This document shows positions 23,929 through 30,424 of a stretch of 42,165 nt of DNA, one piece after another; the first letter of the stretch is position 1; each line of letters begins with the position of its first letter. The stretch comes from a virus. The stretch spans positions 1 to 42,165 of IMG/VR virus record IMGVR_UViG_3300029116_000014; one strand, 5' to 3'. A model generated the notes under the pieces. That model had not been told where the DNA came from and searched no databases. It saw nothing but the letters and a program-made list of their open reading frames with translations. Position numbers and translations under genes: made by a program.

Positions 23929-24543
23929 ATGGGTAAGTGTAAGCCGGGTGATATTATCACCATTAAAGGAACGGAATTTGCGGTGCTGGACGTAGAGAAA
24001 GGCGTGGCAAAGGACGGCAAAGACCAGTTGTTTGTGCGGCTGAAAGAACCGGTCGGTATTACGGAGTTCGGTCCAACAAATGACTACAGATGCAGCACGT
24101 TACGCCGTGCGGTAAACAAGTGGTTTAATAAGTACGAGGTTGCCGCATATGACGACCTGATTTATTCCCGTGAGGTCAGCCTGCTGACGATGGATGGGCG
24201 CGAGAATTATGGGATTGTTTATCGCTTAGCAGCACCGTTGACATTTGATGAGTGGCGCAAGTATTCACGCTATATTCCAGATTGCGAGAAAAGCTATTGG
24301 CTGGCAACCGGAGATGGCGCAACGGGGCGCTACGGCGTGGACGCCGCGATGCTCGTGTACCCCAATGGCGCTTGGAGCAGCGGCGGCTGCTCGAACGCGT
24401 ATGCGGTGCGTCCGGCTTTGGTCGTGTCGGAAGAGCTGATTGATACGCCGAAGGACGACGGCTTAAGCAAGTATAGCACGATGGAGCTGATTCAGGAGCT
24501 TGAGAAAAGGGTGATGAGGGATGAGCGAGTTTTGCAAGAATGA
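23929..24543 (+). CDS. Hypothetical protein (204 aa)
   Basis: ORF with SYWLATG...VYPNGAWSSGGCSNAYAVRPALVV, a motif I recall from an uncharacterised Firmicute domain family. Confidence 0.55.
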   Translation: MGKCKPGDIITIKGTEFAVLDVEKGVAKDGKDQLFVRLKEPVGITEFGPTNDYRCSTLRRAVNKWFNKYEVAAYDDLIYSREVSLLTMDGRENYGIVYRLAAPLTFDEWRKYSRYIPDCEKSYWLATGDGATGRYGVDAAMLVYPNGAWSSGGCSNAYAVRPALVVSEELIDTPKDDGLSKYSTMELIQELEKRVMRDERVLQE

Positions 24544-24790
24544 AAGGCATGGAGGCATATGTGTCAAAACGGGTACTTATTGTAATCTTGGCGCTTGTCC
24601 TTACGAACAGTTAGAACAATTTGCACCAGTGGTGAATGGGCGGTGGGAGCAAGATGCGGACGGCGATTGGTATTGCACAAATTGTGATGAAGTTGTTGCT
24701 ATCTGCGAAAGTGGCAGAGAACGAACTTATCGCAAGCCGTACTGCCCCAACTGCGGGGCAAAGATGGACAGAGGTGCAGACAATGATTGA
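24521..24790 (+). CDS. Zinc-ribbon hypothetical protein (89 aa)
   Basis: Cys pairs: CTNCDEV...C and CPNCGAKM. Confidence 0.5.
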   Translation: MSEFCKNERHGGICVKTGTYCNLGACPYEQLEQFAPVVNGRWEQDADGDWYCTNCDEVVAICESGRERTYRKPYCPNCGAKMDRGADND

Positions 24791-25031
24791 GTTTAAACCC
24801 TGTCCGTTTTGTGGAGGAAAAGCGACTGTTCAATGTAAGCACACCGAAACATACGACGTTTGGGCGAACCACCCCGTTTTGTGTGCTAAGTATCGTGTTG
24901 GCTGTGAAAAGTGTGGAATTTATTTCTGGCAGTTGCACGAAATCCAATTGACAGATGGCCAACCTGCTGTTATTAAAAACGGATATGACGAAGCTGCCGA
25001 AGCATGGAACAGGAGGGCAAGCAATGATTGA
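24783..25031 (+). CDS. Lar-family restriction alleviation protein (copy 1)
   Basis: MIEFKPCPFCGGKATV...C.KCG...AAEAWNRRA. This matches the recalled Lar pattern of an N-terminal CPFCGG and a C-terminal AWNRR. Confidence 0.7.
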   Translation: MIEFKPCPFCGGKATVQCKHTETYDVWANHPVLCAKYRVGCEKCGIYFWQLHEIQLTDGQPAVIKNGYDEAAEAWNRRASND

Positions 25032-25257
25032 GCTTAAACCTTGCCCGTTCTGTGGAGGGACAAAATTGAAAATCGACAGCAAACGAACTTTTCAGTATGG
25101 AGGGAAGAGGCATTGTTCTGTTACTGTAAGGTGTATGCAATGTCACGCGAGAAGTCCTGTTGTTGGTATCAATATGCCTGATGGGCGGTATAACGAGCGT
25201 GAAATTTGTGAAAGTGCTGTAATCGAAGCATGGAACAGGAGGGCGGACAATGCGTGA
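25024..25257 (+). CDS. Lar-family restriction alleviation protein (copy 2)
   Basis: MIELKPCPFCGGTKLKI...CMQCHA...VIEAWNRRA. It overlaps copy 1 by 8 nt. Confidence 0.7.
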   Translation: MIELKPCPFCGGTKLKIDSKRTFQYGGKRHCSVTVRCMQCHARSPVVGINMPDGRYNEREICESAVIEAWNRRADNA

Positions 25258-25429
25258 AATCACCAAAGCCGACATGGACAAGCCGATTGAACCGAAAATG
25301 GCGCGTGACGCTGTTACAGCGGTGCGCGATATAGCTGCGTATTTAACGGTGGGTGAGTGGTGCTTGATTATGGCAGGCGTGAAGAAAGCCGTTGAGAGAA
25401 TGACACAGGAGGAAAATAATGAGGTTTAA
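25250..25429 (+). CDS. Hypothetical small protein (59 aa)
   Basis: The ATG overlaps the upstream stop (ATGCGTGA) and the stop overlaps the next start. It is below the ORF-track cutoff. I translated it by hand and found no internal stop. Confidence 0.4.
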   Translation: MREITKADMDKPIEPKMARDAVTAVRDIAAYLTVGEWCLIMAGVKKAVERMTQEENNEV

Positions 25430-25922
25430 GAAAGATGGGAAAGTGTACAACGTTATAGATGCGGTACATGAATACTGTAAAAACACAGATTGCCTTGAAT
25501 GCAAGTTGTACGACAAAAACACAAATATGTGCGTAGACGTGAGACCTGAGCGAGCAGCCATTTTAATGGGTTATGAGGCAATCGAGGACGACACGCCCAC
25601 TATTGACGAGGCAGTCGAGGAAAACAGCGGGAACGTGAAACGCAGGCTGACCCGTGCGGACATCCTGCACGCGGCGGAGAAGTGCGTATGCGGACAGCGC
25701 GAGACGGACTACGGCACACCGGAGGATAACTTTAAGACGATTGCGGAGCTGTGGGAGGCGTATCTTAATAAAGCCTGCATAAGGGGCGTGAACGTGCGCG
25801 TAGAGGCAAAGGACGTTGCTGTAATGATGGCACTGCTCAAGATTGCACGTATTGCGGCAGGCGGCGGAAAGGCTGACAGTTGGATTGATCTTGCAGGCTA
25901 TGCGGCTTGCGGGGCGGAGTGA
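25419..25922 (+). CDS. Hypothetical protein with a conserved phage C-terminal domain
   Basis: 167 aa. The C-terminal ETDYGTPEDNFKTIAELWEAYL...DVAVMMALLKIARIAAGGGKADSWIDLAGYAACGAE resembles a widespread uncharacterised phage domain. Confidence 0.55.
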   Translation: MRFKKDGKVYNVIDAVHEYCKNTDCLECKLYDKNTNMCVDVRPERAAILMGYEAIEDDTPTIDEAVEENSGNVKRRLTRADILHAAEKCVCGQRETDYGTPEDNFKTIAELWEAYLNKACIRGVNVRVEAKDVAVMMALLKIARIAAGGGKADSWIDLAGYAACGAE

Positions 25923-25936
25923 GAGGGGGTAACGGA

Positions 25937-26194
25937 ATGAAGTACCGTAAGAAGCCCGTGGTTATTGAGGCTGTCCGGTGGACAGGAAAGAACCAGACGG
26001 AAATCGACAAGTTCTGTGGAATGAAAGTCGTGTGGAGTGAGAACAAGAAAACATTCCTTGTTTTAACTCTTGAGGGAACTATGCTGGCATCTACTGGCGA
26101 CTACATCATCAAGGGTGTAAACGACGAGTTCTACCCCTGCAAGCCGGATGTTTTTGAAAAGACGTATGAGCGGGTGGACGAAAATGACGATTGA
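25937..26194 (+). CDS. Hypothetical protein (85 aa)
   Basis: Internal ATG of ORF 25907..26194. MKYRKKPVVIEAVRW...GDYIIKGVNDEFYPCKPDVFEKTYE is a recurrent small phage protein pattern. Confidence 0.55.
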   Translation: MKYRKKPVVIEAVRWTGKNQTEIDKFCGMKVVWSENKKTFLVLTLEGTMLASTGDYIIKGVNDEFYPCKPDVFEKTYERVDENDD

Positions 26195-26552
26195 TGAAGC
26201 TATCAAGGTAGCAGAAGCCAACGCGGAACTCTATTCGAGCTTCGAAGGGTGGGGACAGGCGGTAAGTTTTTACGACACATGCGCTGCCATGCTGAAAGTA
26301 ATGAAGAAGATGATCGAGGAAGGCAGACCGGAAGACGCGCCGGATGCGTGGCAGGAGCGCAGAAAGCGCGAGTACCGCGAGACCAAGGACCGGTACGAGA
26401 GGCTGCACTGGATGATTACCAAATACGAGGCAGGCGTGCTTGAGTATACGCCGAAGTGCTCGATCGAGCTGTTAAAGCAGCAGAAAAAGCACATGGGCGA
26501 GTACCTGCACGATCTGGAAGCCGGCGCATTTGTGGAAGGAGTGGAACTGTGA
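26184..26552 (+). CDS. Hypothetical protein (122 aa)
   Basis: Internal ATG of ORF 26148..26552, overlapping the upstream gene end. Confidence 0.5.
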   Translation: MTIDEAIKVAEANAELYSSFEGWGQAVSFYDTCAAMLKVMKKMIEEGRPEDAPDAWQERRKREYRETKDRYERLHWMITKYEAGVLEYTPKCSIELLKQQKKHMGEYLHDLEAGAFVEGVEL

Positions 26553-26722
26553 CGATTAACCAGGCCATCCGCATCCTCGACCCGGAAACCTCGGCCGAGG
26601 CGTTAGGCGAGATCGAATACTATGGCGGACTGCGCGGCAAAGAGAAGGTGCTGGTCGCCTGCGACGAGGCGTGCCGCGTAGCGGTTCAAATTATGAGAAA
26701 ATACATGGAGGAACAGAAATGA
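26549..26722 (+). CDS. Hypothetical small protein (57 aa)
   Basis: The GTG start overlaps the upstream stop (GTGA) and the stop overlaps the next ATG. Confidence 0.4.
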   Translation: MTINQAIRILDPETSAEALGEIEYYGGLRGKEKVLVACDEACRVAVQIMRKYMEEQK

Positions 26723-27108
26723 ACAAGAAAATCACGGCGGCACTGCTCTGCGGTGCTATGATGTGTAGTCTGTCGGCCTGCAGGGAGAGCGAGCGCGTTG
26801 CGTACAACATCTCGAAGGAGGCGGACAATTTCAACGTCACGCGCCGTCTGGAAGTCATCAACGCGCGTACGGACAAGCCGGTGTTTGAGCTGATCGGCAA
26901 CTTCGCCATCTCGAACAACAGCGAGAACGAGCTGGAGGTGACTGTCGAGACCGGGCAGGGCGTTTACAAGAAACACCTTGTGTACCTCAACGACTGGACG
27001 ATCTACGTTGTGGAGGACGTCAGCGGCGCTTACGTGGACAAGTTCCACTACGAGGTGAATTTCCTGCCGGAGATGATCATTCCAGTTACGGTGACGTCGC
27101 ATGACTAA
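26719..27108 (+). CDS. Lipoprotein (129 aa)
   Basis: Signal peptide with a lipobox: MNKKITAALLCGAMMCSLSAC. The mature part is beta-rich. Confidence 0.7.
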   Translation: MNKKITAALLCGAMMCSLSACRESERVAYNISKEADNFNVTRRLEVINARTDKPVFELIGNFAISNNSENELEVTVETGQGVYKKHLVYLNDWTIYVVEDVSGAYVDKFHYEVNFLPEMIIPVTVTSHD

Positions 27109-27347
27109 ATACAGCGACAAGGTCCGGCGTTACTTATTATGGTGATACGCCGTGCCGGAACTGCGCTTACTGGCGGACGCTCGGAAACTATAAAAATCTG
27201 AAGCTGTGGGCGTGCCACTACGCATTGGTTAACCGGCATTCGAGGGGATGCGAGCCGGGCGAAAGGTGCACAAAAAGAACAGAAAGCTACCGCAGACGGA
27301 TAGCTTTCAAACACGACGGAAGCACCGAGGAGATTACAAGCCGATGA
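27105..27347 (+). CDS. Cys-rich small protein with no usable start codon in frame (possible 1-nt indel after ATG 27139)
   Basis: An 80-codon open frame (…GDTPCRNCAYWRTLGNYKNLKLWACHYALVNRHSRGCEPGERC…) ends in a TGA that overlaps the ATG of the next gene (ATGA at 27344-27347). It contains no ATG or GTG in frame, and its only TTG is late and lacks an SD. ATG 27139 is one base out of phase. Confidence 0.4.
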   Translation, partial: LNTATRSGVTYYGDTPCRNCAYWRTLGNYKNLKLWACHYALVNRHSRGCEPGERCTKRTESYRRRIAFKHDGSTEEITSR

Positions 27348-27757
27348 CAGCGAAAGAATGGCTGATGCGCGGGCGCGCACTGGAAAAAACGATTACAGCC
27401 TTGCAGGAGGCGCGGAAACGCGCCTATGCACGGGCAACGGGCGCAACCGCGCCGGTAAGGGATACGCCGGGCGGAAAAGGGAGCACGGGGAACAAGGCAG
27501 ACCCCTACATCGAACTGGGCGAGAAGATCGCAGAGAAAGAAAACGAGCTTGCGGAAATATACGGCGAGATTGTGCGCGTGCTGGGCGAAATGCGGGATAA
27601 CGAACTGCAAACGCTCCTGCTTGAACGTTACGTGAACGGCGCAACATGGGCGCAGACGGCGCGGCGGCTGCATTACAGCGAGGCGCACGTGAAAGGCTAC
27701 ATGCACAGAATGGCACTGAATGCTGTGGATAAGTTAATACCCCACAATACGCAATAA
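27344..27757 (+). CDS. Sigma-like late transcriptional activator (coiled-coil N-terminus plus region-4-type HTH)
   Basis: Internal ATG of ORF 27248..27757. 137 aa. LLLERYVNGATWAQTARRLHYSEAHVKGYMHRMALNAVDKL resembles phage RinA/ArpU/DUF1492-type activators. It lies upstream of the packaging module. Confidence 0.65.
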   Translation: MTAKEWLMRGRALEKTITALQEARKRAYARATGATAPVRDTPGGKGSTGNKADPYIELGEKIAEKENELAEIYGEIVRVLGEMRDNELQTLLLERYVNGATWAQTARRLHYSEAHVKGYMHRMALNAVDKLIPHNTQ

Positions 27758-27779
27758 TGTGATATACTGATATCGTGGA

Positions 27780-28530
27780 AGAGCTCCAAGGGAGCAAAAC
27801 CACGGCATTCACGGGTTGATAAATTCCGGTTATGTCCTCCTAATTCTCTCCCCTGCTTCGGCGGGGGACACGCTCCAAAGGCTGCACGAGGCCGGAGGGG
27901 CTCACACTTCCTTTCGCCCAAGGCATTCCCTAATGAGACGGGAAACCGTCTCAGCCTGTCCGCTGCGTCTGCACGAGGGCGCGCGGGCTCTTTGACTCTC
28001 GGGAATACAGTTCAAGGAAACGCGGCAGAGATGCCGCACATGCTCCAAAGCCTGCATGAGGGCGGCGGGGCAAAAAAAGACAGCCGAACGGCTGCCCATA
28101 ATCTGACGGCTCGGAAAGACGAGCACGGGCGCAGCTTACGGAACGGCGCGCCGACACCTATTCTGACGGCCCGGAAAGACGGGCATCTGTTTGCGAACTT
28201 TGCCGGACTGCCCGGCAGGCCTTGCGCAGGGCCAAAGCGTCAGTACACAGCGCAGCAGCACGTGTATCAGGGAGTAATTCCCTGCAACGGGGTAGCGCCC
28301 TGCGGTGAAAGTCCGCCGGTTTGCAGGCCGATAACTGCGCGCGAGGGGTTCAAAATTCGAACGTCCTATTTTGTAGCAGCCCCTGAGCGCAAGCCGGGAA
28401 ACCGTCCGTAAAGCCGGACGCAAGGCGCAGCGATACGCGCACATACCGCGCAAGCGGTATACATGCAGCCCAAAGTTGATACACGGTGCAATTCCGTGTG
28501 GCTGCACCTCCAATTAGTCATAAGTAAAAG
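27780..28530 (+). ncRNA. Candidate large structured non-coding RNA (class unassigned)
   Basis: About 750 nt with no credible ORF. On the + strand it has many short perfect helices capped by UUCG/GAAA/GCAA/GUAA-type loops. Two hairpin families are repeated with compensatory base changes. The region ends at a strong terminator hairpin. Confidence 0.6.
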
Positions 28531-28568
28531 CACCTCCCCGGGATGGCTTCGGGAAGGTGCTTTTGCTT
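28527..28568. terminator. Bidirectional intrinsic terminator hairpin
   Basis: AAAGCACCTCCCCG-GGATGGCTT-CGGGAAGGTGCTTT forms a 14-position stem with one mismatch. An A-run lies upstream and a T-run downstream, so it can terminate both the + RNA and the convergent minus-strand cassette. Confidence 0.8.
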
Positions 28569-28614
28569 AGATGTTGCTTAGATGTTGCTTAGATGTTGCT
28601 TAGATGTTGCTTAG
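28565..28614. repeat. Tandem 11-bp repeat GCTTAGATGTT x 4.5
   Basis: There are four perfect copies (28565-28608) and a partial fifth. The partial copy contains the stop codon (28611-28613, minus strand) of the 53-aa ORF. Confidence 0.9.
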
Positions 28615-28772
28615 CGGTTATCATAAGCGCATAGAGCCTCGCACAGCTCGCGCGTCGGGCACTGAGAGCAGTCGCACTCCGAAATGATAACGTTTTCGCA
28701 CAGTGCGCGAGGATCGGCCATAAAAACGGCCTCGGCTGCTCGGTAGTCCTCAGGGGTAATGATGTTATACAT
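28611..28772 (-). CDS. Small Cys-rich protein (53 aa)
   Basis: MYNIITPEDYRAAEAVFMADPRALCENVIISECDCSQCPTRELCEALCAYDNR. The start lies 3 nt after the upstream gene's stop. It is below the ORF-track cutoff. Confidence 0.5.
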   Translation of the reverse strand: MYNIITPEDYRAAEAVFMADPRALCENVIISECDCSQCPTRELCEALCAYDNR

Positions 28773-28775
28773 GGG

Positions 28776-29042
28776 TTACGCCTCCAGCCGGTAGGACATC
28801 GCGCTGTTAAGCAGTGCGAAAGTGATGCACTCGTAAAATTCGCCGCGGGTGATTCCCTCCGGCGCGCCGGTGCCCTGCTCGATCAGGTGGGCGACGGTCT
28901 CGACATTATGGGCGGTCGGCTCGTGAGAAGATACCCAGTCGAGCATATGCTCGTAATCGTTGCACGTCATGGACGTGCAGAAGTCGTTTTCGATGCATGC
29001 CTTGCGGACGCTGTACGCGCTCCAGCTTGCCTTGATGGTCAT
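28776..29042 (-). CDS. Hypothetical protein (88 aa)
   Basis: AAAGGAAG SD on the minus strand. No family recognised. Confidence 0.55.
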   Translation of the reverse strand: MTIKASWSAYSVRKACIENDFCTSMTCNDYEHMLDWVSSHEPTAHNVETVAHLIEQGTGAPEGITRGEFYECITFALLNSAMSYRLEA

Positions 29043-29093
29043 TTTATATCTTCCTTTCTGCGGGGTTATACCGCCCCGCCCGGTGTAGGTGGA

Positions 29094-29639
29094 TCAGTCA
29101 ATAGCGCAGTAGGTAAGGGCATCATAGCCCATATCAGCAAGCGCCTTGGTCATTACCTCGGCAGCGGTCTCGCGCTTGTATGCCTGACCGGGAATGTGGA
29201 AGCAGATAACCCAACGCCGGTTAAAGCACTTCCACTCAAAGCAGCCGCATCCGGCCTCCTTGCAAGCCTGCTCAATCTTGGCGGACTGCCAGCGCGGGAG
29301 CAGGAGCGAGGGCGCATCTAAATTGCAGGCGCCGCCGTCCTCAACTTGTGCGGCTGCGGCTTTGCCGATCTCGTACACCTTGCGCAGATCGTCGCGGAGC
29401 TTGGCGTACTTGCCGGTAAGCGGCTTGGGCGCTGCGGGCTTGGTGTCTGCCGGGTAGGCGGTCAGCAGCTCGTCAAAGTCTGCGATTGCGTCCGCCTCGG
29501 TGCGTGCCGTGCGGCAGTCGATCTCGTGGCCGTTGGGGTACAGGAGCATAGTCTCGTATTTGCCCGGAGTGAGTTCGCAGGTGTCGAGCATAACGCGGCG
29601 GCCGTTGTGTTTGTACTCGGTGTGTTTGATGGTGTTCAT
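29094..29639 (-). CDS. Hypothetical protein (181 aa) with a Cys-rich C-terminal domain
   Basis: ATG at 29639, preceded by GGAGG (8-nt spacing). The C-terminus has DGGACNLDAPSLLLPRW...KEAGCGCFEWKCFNRRWVICFHIPGQAYKRETAAEVMTKALADMGYDALTYCAID. Confidence 0.6.
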   Translation of the reverse strand: MNTIKHTEYKHNGRRVMLDTCELTPGKYETMLLYPNGHEIDCRTARTEADAIADFDELLTAYPADTKPAAPKPLTGKYAKLRDDLRKVYEIGKAAAAQVEDGGACNLDAPSLLLPRWQSAKIEQACKEAGCGCFEWKCFNRRWVICFHIPGQAYKRETAAEVMTKALADMGYDALTYCAID

Positions 29640-29703
29640 GGTGTGTACCTCCAAAATTAAAATTTATGGGTGCGGGCTTTAAGGGTGAACCCGCGAGAAC
29701 CGT

Positions 29704-30048
29704 TTAGCTGTGCATGATGCAACCGCTGTGGCTGCGGTCGAAGTCACCTTTGCACTTGCCGTCCTTGTCGTACCAACTGCCGGTGCTCTCTGCGGCAAAG
29801 CGGGAGCAGGAGAGGCACATGGGGTTTACAAGGCAGAAGCGGCGAAGGTCGCTGTCTTCCGGTGCTTCCTGATCGAGCCATGCGTCAAAGCCTTCCGGGT
29901 AACGCTTCTCGATTTCGTCCATCAGCCAACCGCGCGTGATTGCGGTTTCTTCACTGTTGCTCAGGTGCTCGGTCATCTCCCAGCAGCCAAAGAGCTGCTC
30001 TGCGGTCAGGCTTGCGATCTTTGCGGTTGCTTTCTCGGTTGCGGTCAT
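29704..30048 (-). CDS. Hypothetical protein (114 aa), Cys-rich C-terminus
   Basis: ATG at 30048, preceded by AAAGGAAG. The C-terminus has CLVNPMCLSCSRF...GKCKGDFDRSHSGCIMHS. Confidence 0.55.
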   Translation of the reverse strand: MTATEKATAKIASLTAEQLFGCWEMTEHLSNSEETAITRGWLMDEIEKRYPEGFDAWLDQEAPEDSDLRRFCLVNPMCLSCSRFAAESTGSWYDKDGKCKGDFDRSHSGCIMHS

Positions 30049-30092
30049 ATTGATTACTTCCTTTCGGCGTTCGTTTCCTTTACTGTGACTAT

Positions 30093-30198
30093 AGTATAAT
30101 ATATTTGCGCAAGTATAGCAATGGGCAAAATAACTATATTTGCGCAAGTATATTTGTGGGTTATGTATATTTACACAAACATATCTGAGGCGTATAAT
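30093..30198. promoter_or_regulatory. Divergent promoter region with two identical 18-bp near-palindromic operators
   Basis: TATATTTGCGCAAGTATA occurs at 30100-30117 and 30135-30152 and is 16/18 self-complementary. The + promoter is TTTACA (30170-30175), 17 nt, TATAAT (30193-30198). The minus promoter is TTGCTA (30121-30116), 17 nt, TATACT (30098-30093). Operator copy 1 lies inside the minus-promoter spacer. Confidence 0.65.
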
Positions 30199-30223
30199 AG
30201 CCATCGTTAGGAGGTGCTGTTAT

Positions 30224-30424
30224 ATGCCATCCAGCAAGGCGCAGCAGAAAGCAACCAATAAGTACATCAACAAGGCTTATGACCGGGTTAATTTAACCCT
30301 GCCGAAAGGCAAGAAAGAAGAGATCAAATCCCATGTGGAAGGCCGGAGCGAAAGCGTGAATGGCTTTATCGCCCGTGCGATTGATTGCCAGATGGCGCGA
30401 GACAAAGAGGAGGACAAAGCGTAG
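30224..30424 (+). CDS. Ribbon-helix-helix (Arc/CopG-like) small DNA-binding protein
   Basis: Internal ATG of ORF 30140..30424, preceded by AGGAGGTG. 66 aa. DRVNLTLPKGKKEEIKSHVEGRSESVNGFIARAI fits a beta-strand-helix-helix layout. Confidence 0.6.
   Translation: MPSSKAQQKATNKYINKAYDRVNLTLPKGKKEEIKSHVEGRSESVNGFIARAIDCQMARDKEEDKA

Noticed and set aside
27992-28513. ORFs 27992..28411 (+, 139 aa) and 28136..28513 (-, 125 aa) inside the candidate ncRNA region
   Set aside because: Neither has a Shine-Dalgarno sequence, and the + ORF starts on TTG. The translated sequences are Arg/Pro/Gly/Ala-rich and not protein-like. They overlap each other on opposite strands. Both are explained as by-products of GC-rich helical RNA sequence.
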